DNA from: Bdellovibrionales bacterium
GTDB taxonomy: Bacteria > Bdellovibrionota > Bdellovibrionia > Bdellovibrionales > UBA1609
Assembly: GCA_965203095.1 (NCBI GenBank)
Contig: OZ241877.1
Location: forward strand, 1,088,001-1,152,000
Direction of reading: 5' to 3'
Length of the DNA stretch: 64,000 nucleotides
Every line of letters starts with the position of its first letter. Positions within the stretch are counted from its first letter, which is position 1. A program made the translations under genes and the position numbers. The notes beneath the pieces were generated by a model. It did no database searches and had not been told where the DNA came from. It saw only the letters and a list, made by a program, of their open reading frames with translations. Of the stretch, positions 19,093-28,250 are shown piece after piece.

Positions 19093-20082
19093 ATGACTTT
19101 GTTGCAAGAATATTATAAATTAAAAAACAGCTCTAAAGCTCAATACGAGAAATTGTTGAAAAAGCTTTCTAATCAAACAACAAGCCGTGAATTTTTTACT
19201 TTAAATAATGGCATATTTGATTCAAAAAGAAAAAAGTTGCATAATGATATTATTGAAAAATATCTTAAAAAATATCCCTCTCAACATAAACCTTATATTC
19301 ATTTGATATTGGGTTCTATCGGCTCAGGAAAAACATCTCTTAAAGATTCTGTGATTAAGAAAAAAGAAATTCAATCTTTTCTCTACATTAACTTTGACGA
19401 ATTAAAAAACCAACTTCCAGAATATGAAATATTAAAAAAACTCAACCCTAAAAAATCTGCCCAATTTGTGCAATCCGAATCCGCTAAATTAGCTGGAACT
19501 TTATACAAAAAAGCCATTCAAAAAAAACTGAATATCATTTATGAAAAAAATATAAGATTAAATAAAGAAGGTGGCTTACATCTAATTTTTGAAATGAAAA
19601 CTGCATTTCAAAAAAATTACAATGTCTTCGTTCATGTTGTGTTTTTAAACAGTTATCAGGAAGCTTGGAGGAGAGTTCAGTTGAGATACGATAAAATAAA
19701 AAGATATGTTCCACAACAATATGTCAAAGATACATTTGAAGATCTATTTCCTAATCTAAACAAGTTATTAAAAGAAAATTTTAAGAAAAAATACTTGGTT
19801 AAATTCTGGTATAATGGAGAATGGGAGAAGAGTTTTAGCAAACTCAAGGAAGCTCATACAGTTGGAGTTATTTCTTTCCAAAATAAGAAAAACTTAAAGT
19901 ATCAGCCAAAGGATGATTTCATCTTAACATTTAATGGAATAGAAGGCTATGATTTTTATTATCAAGGATTTTTTCTAACAAAAATAAGATTTCTTCCAAA
20001 GTCTGCAAAAAACTCTTTAATGAAACTAAAACGGTTAAAAAATGCACTGAATCTTTTAGATTATCATCACCATCGGACTTGA
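19093..20082 (+). CDS. Zeta-toxin-like P-loop kinase
   Basis: RKKLH..II, LGSIGSGKTS Walker A, INFDELKNQLPEY, AWRRVQLR..RYVP. Confidence 0.7.
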   Translation: MTLLQEYYKLKNSSKAQYEKLLKKLSNQTTSREFFTLNNGIFDSKRKKLHNDIIEKYLKKYPSQHKPYIHLILGSIGSGKTSLKDSVIKKKEIQSFLYINFDELKNQLPEYEILKKLNPKKSAQFVQSESAKLAGTLYKKAIQKKLNIIYEKNIRLNKEGGLHLIFEMKTAFQKNYNVFVHVVFLNSYQEAWRRVQLRYDKIKRYVPQQYVKDTFEDLFPNLNKLLKENFKKKYLVKFWYNGEWEKSFSKLKEAHTVGVISFQNKKNLKYQPKDDFILTFNGIEGYDFYYQGFFLTKIRFLPKSAKNSLMKLKRLKNALNLLDYHHHRT

Positions 20083-20144
20083 ATGACGCATAGTGTTAAT
20101 ATAGGATGAGATAAAAATGTTTATAATTAAAAAAAGGAGGAAAG

Positions 20145-20318
20145 ATGAAAAAGAAATATTCAGATAAAGAGATTAAAAAAGCTTTTTCTAAAACGGCCAC
20201 AAAACAAGCTATAAAAATGTGTAAAGAGATGATCGAAGATCCTCAAGCCAGGAAGCAGATTATTACTTTTATTAAAGCTGTAGACGGCAAAAAAATTAGA
20301 AACAAATCAGGAGTTTAA
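20145..20318 (+). CDS. Small basic protein (57 aa), candidate partner/antitoxin of the zeta-like kinase
   Basis: AAGGAGG RBS 4 nt before ATG at 20145; MKKKYSDKEIKKAFSKTATKQAIKMCKEMIEDPQARKQIITFIKAVDGKKIRNKSGV; below the ORF-track cutoff. Confidence 0.55.
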   Translation: MKKKYSDKEIKKAFSKTATKQAIKMCKEMIEDPQARKQIITFIKAVDGKKIRNKSGV

Positions 20319-20497
20319 AAGCTTGTTTTTTTTAAATCTCACTGTGGTTTTTTCCTCTACTAAGGTTTTTTGAGCCTTACATGAACCTCAATATAAATAA
20401 ATCCTTCTTTTTAACAACTAAGCTAATTTATTCAACTTCCTTTTTAAGTGACCAATCTATTTTATCATGAATCAAAATAATTTTAGATGTCCATTTT

Positions 20498-21415
20498 TTA
20501 GGTGCTAATCCACTTTTCGCTATCATTTTGAAACAATGAAGGTTGTAAACTTGATATTCTTTTATTAGCTATTTTTATATAATTTTTATTTATCTCATAA
20601 CCTATAAATCGCCTATTGTTTTTTAATCCAACAACAGCTGTAGTGCCACTCCCCATAAAAGGATCTAAAACAATATCATTTTCAAAAGAATAAAGTTGCA
20701 TAAGACGAAAGGGCAACTCCTCAGGAAATGGGGCTGGATGACCTATTCTTTTAGCAGATTCTGTGTTCATATTCCAAATAGATTTTGTCCATTCAACAAA
20801 CTGTTCTTTTTGAATTGTGATTTTTTTGTCCTGTTTTTCTCTTTTATAAGTTCCTTTTGAAAAAATCAAAATATATTCATGCACATCTCTTAAAGTGGGA
20901 TTAGAAGGGGAACACCAGCTCCCCCATGCTGTAGAAGTCCCTGATCCAGCAGACTTATTCCAAATAATTTCTCCTCTCATTAAAAAACCTATATCTATCA
21001 TCATTTTAGAAATACAATCAGAAAGAGGGATATAAGGTTTCCGGCCTATATTTGCTATATTGATACAAGCTCTTCCTCCATTGACTAAAACTCTATATGT
21101 TTCTGAAAAGACTTTATTAAGAAAATTAAGATACTCTTCTAAAGATAAATCTTCATCATAATCTTTTGAAACATTATAAGGAGGAGAAGTTATCATTAAA
21201 TGGATGGTTTTATCCGGCAATTCCGACATCTTTGTTGAGGATTTTAAGAAGATTCGATTAACAGCAGATTCTGGAATTGAGCCTTCTATTTTGCTTTGTG
21301 TATCTTCTTTAAAATCTAAATTTTTATACAACTTTGATTCATAAAACAAAGAAGAATCATGCCCTTGTCTTCCTGAGCTTCCAAAAGATTGAGTTCCTGT
21401 TTTGCCTTTTTTCAT
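20498..21415 (-). CDS. Type II DNA methyltransferase (N4-C/N6-A, beta class)
   Basis: ITSPPYN (motif IV) precedes HPAPFP and VLDPFMGSGTT (motif I); TAWGSW segment. Confidence 0.92.
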   Translation of the reverse strand: MKKGKTGTQSFGSSGRQGHDSSLFYESKLYKNLDFKEDTQSKIEGSIPESAVNRIFLKSSTKMSELPDKTIHLMITSPPYNVSKDYDEDLSLEEYLNFLNKVFSETYRVLVNGGRACINIANIGRKPYIPLSDCISKMMIDIGFLMRGEIIWNKSAGSGTSTAWGSWCSPSNPTLRDVHEYILIFSKGTYKREKQDKKITIQKEQFVEWTKSIWNMNTESAKRIGHPAPFPEELPFRLMQLYSFENDIVLDPFMGSGTTAVVGLKNNRRFIGYEINKNYIKIANKRISSLQPSLFQNDSEKWIST

Positions 21416-22299
21416 AAAGTCTCTTCAATTAACTGTAAAAACTTTTCTGCTTTTCCTTCTATATTTTTTTCTCTATTTGATTTAGATATAATTTGTCCTA
21501 ATTTTCCCTTCATAACCATTGCAGAAAAATAGATCTTATGGGAATGAATTAAATTTCCTAAAAATTTTTCTAAGTCTTCTTTATTTTCAATAGTTTGAAA
21601 ACCTTTTTTTGGAGTATTTTTAATTACCTCAGTTTTTGAAGGCACTGAAGGATTAAGTGACAAAAAGCCTTGTATAATCCCTAAGCTCTTTAAAGAATCC
21701 ACTTTCTTTTCATAGTGTTTTGTGATAGGTGAATTTCCTAAAACAACCAATGGAATGTTTCTTGCACCTGGGTTGGCTACTCTTATGCTGATTAACTTTC
21801 CTATAGCCTTCAACATGGAATCAGACCTTAATAAAGAGGGATTTCCTTTATGAGTTGTATAATCTCCTATCCATTTAACAATTTTCTCAGTTTTATCAAA
21901 TTCATAGTTTGAAAGTATACTCATTTTTATTTCGAAAATTACTTTTATATCTTGACATTTCTGTTGTTGCTTATCACTTCTACAAAAAGCAATATCCGCA
22001 CTTGATTTCTTGGATAATCCAGCTTCCGGACATATTACATTATTTACAGCATATAAATCAAACTTACGGGCTATTGAAGAAAGCAACTGCTGACACCATT
22101 TTTCTGTAAATTGTCCAATAAGTGAATTTCTGCTTTGTAGTGTATGCCCTGGTGATTTTATATTTTTTGGAATGTAGGCTAAGTATTTATTATCTATCCA
22201 ATAAAATAGTTTTTTTTCAGAAAAATCCTTTCCCTTTCCTAAAAAATGTTGAAAAAATTGTTTTTCAACCATATTATTCCAAAGTTTTGTTGTTTGCAT
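21412..22299 (-). CDS. Probable Type II restriction endonuclease (PD-(D/E)XK)
   Basis: SADIAF...FEIKMS pattern; 4-bp overlap with the methyltransferase. Confidence 0.7.
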   Translation of the reverse strand: MQTTKLWNNMVEKQFFQHFLGKGKDFSEKKLFYWIDNKYLAYIPKNIKSPGHTLQSRNSLIGQFTEKWCQQLLSSIARKFDLYAVNNVICPEAGLSKKSSADIAFCRSDKQQQKCQDIKVIFEIKMSILSNYEFDKTEKIVKWIGDYTTHKGNPSLLRSDSMLKAIGKLISIRVANPGARNIPLVVLGNSPITKHYEKKVDSLKSLGIIQGFLSLNPSVPSKTEVIKNTPKKGFQTIENKEDLEKFLGNLIHSHKIYFSAMVMKGKLGQIISKSNREKNIEGKAEKFLQLIEETL

Positions 22300-22523
22300 T
22301 TCTTAGGTATCTTTACATTAAAAGAGGTCCAATTATAACATCTATCTAAAAAATCTTTATATTTGCATAACGCAGGATATAAAAAACAAGGTTCATGACA
22401 CTTTAAGTTCTATTTTGATAAGGCTTAATTATTTGTTTCTATTAAAGTAATATTCTTCATTTCTTTTTAGCTCTTTGTTTTAAAAAGGTTTTTTTGAGAT
22501 GGAACTAAGGGAGTTTTTATAAC

Positions 22524-23156
22524 TTACTTGATTTGTCCGTTGTGTAAATGAAATTTTTTGTTGGCTAAATCCTTAACATCTTCTTGGTTGTGGGAGACCA
22601 AAAGAAGGGGTAGAGAGTATTTTTGTGAAACATTTTTTACCCACTTTCGAGCCTTTTCACGAGCCAATGGATCTAAATAGGAAAAAGGCTCATCTAAAAA
22701 TAAAAATCGAGGCCGGAGGATTAAAGCTCTGGCCAAAGCCGTTCTTTGTTTCTCCCCTCCAGATAATTTATCTATGGAAAGATCCAAAGCCTTTTCCAAG
22801 CCTAAAAAATTTATCATTTCTTCAAAATCTTTTTTTCTTTCTTTTAAAGAGATCCTTTTGGCTCTTAAGGCAAACAAAATGTTTTGCCGAGCTGTCCAAT
22901 GAGGGAACAACCTCAAATCTTGAAAGCACATTCCTAAACCTCTTTCCGGTGGAGGAAGAGAGGCCAAATTTTGCCCTTGAAATTCCCAAATCAAAGAGGG
23001 GCAGTCCACCAAGCCACAAAGTATTTTTAAAATTGTGGTTTTACCACTTCCGGAAGCTCCTGTAAGGCTGTTTATTCCCTTATCTGAAAGAGGCCACTCC
23101 GGAATGCGGAGTTGAAAGCCCCCAACCTTATAAAATAGATTTTTTACCAAAACCAA
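22524..23156 (-). CDS. ABC transporter ATP-binding subunit (ThiQ-like)
   Basis: GASGSGKTT, LSGGEKQR, FLFLDEP, VSH. Confidence 0.85.
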   Translation of the reverse strand: MVLVKNLFYKVGGFQLRIPEWPLSDKGINSLTGASGSGKTTILKILCGLVDCPSLIWEFQGQNLASLPPPERGLGMCFQDLRLFPHWTARQNILFALRAKRISLKERKKDFEEMINFLGLEKALDLSIDKLSGGEKQRTALARALILRPRFLFLDEPFSYLDPLAREKARKWVKNVSQKYSLPLLLVSHNQEDVKDLANKKFHLHNGQIK

Positions 23157-24654
23157 TCCCCTCTTTTAATATAAAAGAAAAAGGCTTTCTGTCAAAAACA
23201 AAAGCCAAACTTGTCCAAAATAGAAAAACAAAAAAACTCAAAAATAACAAAAGCCAGCTAAGCAAAACAGCTAAATCTAAACGATAAGAGGAAAAAAAAT
23301 CATAAACTATTAAAGACAAACTCAAATGCCCGTTAGAAACAATTAAGCTATAAGCAAAATCCCCACAAGCCCAAAAGCTAACTATACCAGCACACAAAAA
23401 AAACATAGATCGGCTTTGAGGCCATATAATGGCTTGAAAAATAAGCCCCCAACTGGCTCCAAGGAATCTGGCGGTCTCCACTTGTTGAGAGAGTTTATCT
23501 AAAGTTTGCTCCCCTCGAAAGCGATAGATCCAAGGAAAGATCAATAGGCTTAAGCCTAAAATCCATTTTATAAGGATGGCTCTCTCCCCATAAAAAGGAA
23601 CAATAAGCAAAGCAAAACCCATAAAAGCCGATCCCGGCGGAGTGTAAGAGGCAATAAATTTTCTCGCCTTAACATTTTGAAAGGACAAAGAAATTAAAAT
23701 TAACAGTAAGAAAGCAATCCCGCCCGCTCCCAAACTGAGGATTAAAGAGTTCTGGATAGAAGACAAAATAAGAGGAATTAAAGGGAGTAGTTTTAAAAAA
23801 GCCTTTCCATCGGATATAAAAAACAAGCCTGCTAAGGAAAGAACCAAACCTGCTAATGGAATAGCTACAAACAAGGGCTGAGGGATCAGGTAAAGTTTTT
23901 GACCAGCCTGTCCCGTTCTTAAAGGGGCACTTTTAGAAAAAACCTTCCAACAGATCAAAAAAATTAAAGTGCTTTGAAACAAAATCAAACTGAGGGCTTT
24001 GGGCCAGTTTTCAGGATCTTTTAAATGCTCGTAAATAAAAAACTCTAAACTGAAAAGGGGAGAACCGGCAACTAAGAGAGGCAAACTTAAGCTGGAAAAA
24101 CTGCCTGCAAAAACTAAAACAAAAAGGCTTTTTATGTCTTTTCTTAAGACTGTTCCTGAAAGAGCTTTTAAAAAAAACCATGGAGAAAGATCCTGCAAAT
24201 AAGCCCACTCACTGAGGTCTTTGGCCTCTTTTAACAAAATGCGAGAAAGGGGGACAGCACAAAGCCCTGTGTAAGTTAAAGTTTGAGCAAAAATAAGAGA
24301 GGCTAAACCAAAGGGGAAAGGCATGAACTTTTCTACAAGATGAGTTAAAGACAAAACCATTAATAAGGGAGGAATAAATGCCGGCAAAAGGATTAGCCCC
24401 TCAAGTAAAAAAAATATTTTTTTTTGTGAGAGAGCAGTAAGCCCTCGGCTACATAAAATAGCTAAAATCAAACTTAAAGTTGTTGAAACTCCGGCCTGAA
24501 AAGCTGTCCATCCTAATACAATGGCCAGCGGGCCAAACTCCGGCCAAGCTAAAGAGCCCAGCCGAAAAGAAAAAATCAAAAAAGGGGAAAGCAGTAAAAC
24601 ACAAACAATATTACCCGGTAGAGAAACAAAATTTGATTTTAACCTGGAAGTCAT
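23128..24654 (-). CDS. ABC transporter permease (ThiP/FbpB-like, duplicated membrane domain)
   Basis: 508-aa hydrophobic protein, VETARFLGAS (EAA loop), overlaps the ATPase gene. Confidence 0.75.
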   Translation of the reverse strand: MTSRLKSNFVSLPGNIVCVLLLSPFLIFSFRLGSLAWPEFGPLAIVLGWTAFQAGVSTTLSLILAILCSRGLTALSQKKIFFLLEGLILLPAFIPPLLMVLSLTHLVEKFMPFPFGLASLIFAQTLTYTGLCAVPLSRILLKEAKDLSEWAYLQDLSPWFFLKALSGTVLRKDIKSLFVLVFAGSFSSLSLPLLVAGSPLFSLEFFIYEHLKDPENWPKALSLILFQSTLIFLICWKVFSKSAPLRTGQAGQKLYLIPQPLFVAIPLAGLVLSLAGLFFISDGKAFLKLLPLIPLILSSIQNSLILSLGAGGIAFLLLILISLSFQNVKARKFIASYTPPGSAFMGFALLIVPFYGERAILIKWILGLSLLIFPWIYRFRGEQTLDKLSQQVETARFLGASWGLIFQAIIWPQSRSMFFLCAGIVSFWACGDFAYSLIVSNGHLSLSLIVYDFFSSYRLDLAVLLSWLLLFLSFFVFLFWTSLAFVFDRKPFSFILKEGIGFGKKSIL

Positions 24655-24716
24655 CTTCTGATTTTATGCTTATCGATCAAAGGCTTTTTATCAAAAAAGA
24701 AGGAAAAACTGAGAAC

Positions 24717-25721
24717 TTATTTACTTGAAAAAACCTGTTGGCAAGTTTTTCCTATTCTTTTTCTTAATGCCCATAATGGCCGACTTTTCTCATATTCACT
24801 TTTTGCGGAAACAAGAATTTGAACCAACTCTTTGTTATTGTTATCAGCCATATCTAAAGGCGTTTTTCCCTCTATGTCCTTGATAGTAAGTAAAGCCCCC
24901 TCAGCCAATAAAATTTGAACTATCTCCAAGTGATTGTTTTGGACAGCTACATGAAGAGGAGTTTGTTTGGATTCGTTTTTAGAATTAGGATCAGCCCCAT
25001 ATTCCAGCAGGGCCTGAACAATATTTGGACTACCTTGCTTAACAGCTATATGAAGAGGCAAATCCCCAAACTTATTTTTATCTCTGATATTGGGGTCAGC
25101 CCTTTCAGCTAATAGAATTTCAACCATTTGCAAATTATCGTTTTCAATAGCTGAAATGAGAGGAGTTTGCCTATATGTATTTCTGAGACTAAAACCGGCA
25201 CCATTAATTAATAGAAGCTGAGCCATCCGTATATTATTGTCTTTAACAGCTATATAAAGAGGAGTGTGTTTAAATTGATCTTGGACATTAGTATTAGCTT
25301 CTACATCTGTCAGGTTTTTCACCATTATCAAGTTATTGTTTCTAACAGCCATGTGAAGAGGGGTCCGTTTATATTGATCCCTTACATTGACATTAGCCCC
25401 TTTAGCCATCAGGACCTGTGCTATATCTAAGTGATTTTTTTTAACAGCTACATGAAGAGGGGTTCGTTTATATTGGTCTCTTGCATTGATATTAGCCCCT
25501 TTAGCTATTAGGACCTGTGCTATTTCTAAACGATTGTCTCTAACAGCTATATGGAGGGGAGTTTGTTTGGATGAGTTTCGCATATTGAGGGATACTCTCT
25601 GAACCAAAAGAGAGAGAACTTGCTGTAAATTATTATCTTCAACAGCTTTATGGAGAGGGAGATCTTCTTTGGAAAAGCCAAAATGCGGAAATAATAATAA
25701 AAAGATAAGCCAGTATTTCAT
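24717..25721 (-). CDS. Exported ankyrin-repeat protein (~8 repeats)
   Basis: Signal peptide; repeated TPLH.AV..N.LEI.Q.L...GA..N. Confidence 0.93.
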   Translation of the reverse strand: MKYWLIFLLLFPHFGFSKEDLPLHKAVEDNNLQQVLSLLVQRVSLNMRNSSKQTPLHIAVRDNRLEIAQVLIAKGANINARDQYKRTPLHVAVKKNHLDIAQVLMAKGANVNVRDQYKRTPLHMAVRNNNLIMVKNLTDVEANTNVQDQFKHTPLYIAVKDNNIRMAQLLLINGAGFSLRNTYRQTPLISAIENDNLQMVEILLAERADPNIRDKNKFGDLPLHIAVKQGSPNIVQALLEYGADPNSKNESKQTPLHVAVQNNHLEIVQILLAEGALLTIKDIEGKTPLDMADNNNKELVQILVSAKSEYEKSRPLWALRKRIGKTCQQVFSSK

Positions 25722-25843
25722 AATTCCTCACAGCTTGTTGAGCTTTTACAAACCTGTTTTATAAAATAGGTTTTTATTGTTTTTCAAGTAAAAATGAAAA
25801 AAAACTAATATTTTTAGCTTTTTTTGAGATCTTTGCATGTTTT

Positions 25844-26914
25844 TTATTTAAGTTTTCGAAACTCATCAATGCTGATAAGCTTTCCCTTTCTTTTTACACT
25901 CCAAAAAGCCCAACCATTATGGCTGGCTTTGTTTAATATTTTAGCACTGACTTGGTGAATGGAGCCAAAAAATTTTCCGTTTCTTAATGTTCCATCAGCC
26001 ATAACTGTCGCACAATGCTTTTTGTCTTTTGAATATAGTGTTTCGCCGGTTTTTATAGACTGGCTTTCCACCAACTGGCCAAAAACAATTTTAGGTGAGG
26101 TCTGTTCTTGATATAAAAAAGTGAGTTGTTTATCATAAAATTTAACCTTTTTTATTCTCTCCCTGGCTATTTTTACATATTTTTTTTCTCTCTCAAAGCC
26201 TATAAAATTCCTGTTCAGCATTTTGGCCACAGCCCCTGTAGTGCCGGAACCAAAGAAGGGATCTAAAACCACATCTCCCTCTTTTGAACTGGAAAGGATC
26301 ACTCGCCTTAAAAGCTCTTCTGGTTTTTGTGTGGAGTGGGCTTTTTTGCCTTCATTGTTTTTTAGCCTTTCATGGCCACAGCAGATGGGCAAACACCAAT
26401 CACTTCGCATCTGTTTATCATCGTTAAAAGCTTTCATGGTTTTGTAATTAAAAGCCCCTTTGGCATTTTTAGATTTACTGGCCCATATTAAAGTTTCATG
26501 AGCATTAGTGAATCGAGCCCCTCTAAAATTAGGCATAGGGTTGGTTTTAATCCAGATCACATCGTTTAAAATCCAAAAACCTAAGTTTTGTAAAATGGAT
26601 CCTACCCTAAAAATATTGTGATAAGAGCCTATCACCCACAAGGTCCCGGAAGTTTTTAGCACTTTTTTACACTCTTCAAGCCAAGATTTTAAAAAACAGT
26701 CGTAATCTTTAAAGCTTGCAAATTGGTCCCAATGATCTTTTACACCGTTAACTTTTGTCATGTTGGGCCTAAAAAGTTCTTGCTGGAGTTGTAAATTATA
26801 AGGAGGGTCGGCAAATATCAAATCAACAGATTCTATTGGCAATTTTTTAAGCTCTTTAACACAGTCCCCAGGAATAACTTTATTTAAAAAAGGGGCCAAC
26901 TGGGATTTACTCAT
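25844..26914 (-). CDS. CcrM/M.HinfI-like adenine methyltransferase (likely GANTC), orphan
   Basis: LIFADPPYNLQL, KTNPMPNFRGARFTNAHETLIWA, QMRSDW, HSTQKPE, DPFFGSGTTG and a C-terminal GSIHQV...NGWAFW domain. Confidence 0.85.
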   Translation of the reverse strand: MSKSQLAPFLNKVIPGDCVKELKKLPIESVDLIFADPPYNLQLQQELFRPNMTKVNGVKDHWDQFASFKDYDCFLKSWLEECKKVLKTSGTLWVIGSYHNIFRVGSILQNLGFWILNDVIWIKTNPMPNFRGARFTNAHETLIWASKSKNAKGAFNYKTMKAFNDDKQMRSDWCLPICCGHERLKNNEGKKAHSTQKPEELLRRVILSSSKEGDVVLDPFFGSGTTGAVAKMLNRNFIGFEREKKYVKIARERIKKVKFYDKQLTFLYQEQTSPKIVFGQLVESQSIKTGETLYSKDKKHCATVMADGTLRNGKFFGSIHQVSAKILNKASHNGWAFWSVKRKGKLISIDEFRKLK

Positions 26915-26969
26915 ATTATCAATTTACAATATATAGGGATTTTCCCGATTCACTTTGTGGTTTTTTCAA

Positions 26970-27174
26970 TAGTCTGTTGAATTTCAGCCTAAAGACCTGC
27001 TCTTTTGCTTATGCGATCTAATGAGCAGGGGTTTTCGGATATGGATTCCCGTTTTCACGAGAAAGACTACTAAGCAAGGGAATGACTTGTTTTTACGGGA
27101 GCCAGAAAGCCCGGGGGACTTTCTGGCAAACTTTACAGGAAGACCCTCCCATTTCCATGAAAAAGACTACTAAG
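26970..27174. repeat. dRS3-like palindromic / MITE-like repeat element, copy 3
   Basis: GGATTCCCGTTTTCACGAGAAAGAC, GGGAATGAC; CTTTTGCTTATGCGATCTA shared with ~38190; AAAGACTACTAAG occurs twice. Confidence 0.75.
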
Positions 27175-27176
27175 AT

Positions 27177-28190
27177 TTAGTATAAATTTTCTTCCCATAG
27201 ATTTAACAGATCTTTTTTTTCCTTAATAAATTTGTCCAGTTTATTATAAGAGATAGGTTTTATTTCTCTATGGCTCAAGATTTTATGATTCATCCCCTTA
27301 GAGACAGGAAACATGTAATGAGTCTCTAAAATCAGTTTTTGAATTTTTTTTGAAAGCAAAAACTGAGCTAACTCAAAAGCCAATTTTTTGTTTTTTGAAT
27401 ATTTAGAAATAGATAGAAACTCCACTTGATAAGGATGTCCCTCTTTAAAGTAGGAAAAGAAGTAAGACCCTTCCCCCTCCTTTTGATGATAGATAAGAGA
27501 GCTTAAATAAGAAAGCCCCAACTGGCTTTGTCCTTTTTGAAAAGCCCCATAAGATAGAGACCAAGAAAACAAAGGCCCATAAATTTTGCTTTTCATCTGT
27601 TTTAAAAAATGAGCTATTTGCTTTTTATCCCCCTGCATGACCTCATAGATCCAATAATAAAATTGAAGCCCTAATGAGCTGGAGCGAGGTTCAGGAAAAG
27701 TAATAGGGCCTTTTATCTTATAGAGGGATTTCAAGCTTAAAGGTATTGAGATAGGCTTTTTGTGCAAAAAACCAATGGGGGACCAATCTAAGGGAAGAAA
27801 ATAAGGATGGTGTGAAAAATGATTCCAAACAGCCGAAGATGAGATAAGCTGGTTTTTTAAACTGGAAATATCCTCCCATTGTTGGCTGGGGGCTGTTATC
27901 AATGTGATCTGATCCCAACCTATTACAATGTCAATATCAGGCACAATAGCCCATCTCTGCTTAAGGGCTGTGGAATCCTCTGTCAAAAACCATTGTATTT
28001 GGCATTTACAAAATGATTCAAAACTCTGCTGAATGATTCTTCCCGGCCCCAAAACTCCCACAAAAGAGCTGTAGGTTAAAATTTTTAAGACCGGCAGGCG
28101 AGGGCTTTTTGGCCAAAAACAAAACAAAAGAAAAAAGAGAAGAATAAGAGGGAAAAACCAAAAATAAAACTTTCTCGTTTGCAAATTCAT
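27177..28190 (-). CDS. Thiamine ABC transporter substrate-binding protein (ThiB/TbpA-like)
   Basis: LTYSSF..GPG, PRSSSLGL, WSLSYGAF, SYLSS..YH, GHPYQVE, YMFPV. Confidence 0.75.
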   Translation of the reverse strand: MNLQTRKFYFWFFPLILLFFLLFCFWPKSPRLPVLKILTYSSFVGVLGPGRIIQQSFESFCKCQIQWFLTEDSTALKQRWAIVPDIDIVIGWDQITLITAPSQQWEDISSLKNQLISSSAVWNHFSHHPYFLPLDWSPIGFLHKKPISIPLSLKSLYKIKGPITFPEPRSSSLGLQFYYWIYEVMQGDKKQIAHFLKQMKSKIYGPLFSWSLSYGAFQKGQSQLGLSYLSSLIYHQKEGEGSYFFSYFKEGHPYQVEFLSISKYSKNKKLAFELAQFLLSKKIQKLILETHYMFPVSKGMNHKILSHREIKPISYNKLDKFIKEKKDLLNLWEENLY

Positions 28191-28250
28191 GTTTTTATTG
28201 AGTGCTTTAGTAGCAATGTCCAGTTCATTATATAGCTCAATAGAAATATC

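Noticed and set aside
12300..22400. Prophage or ICE
   Set aside because: No integrase, structural, replication or conjugation genes recognised; treated as a defence island
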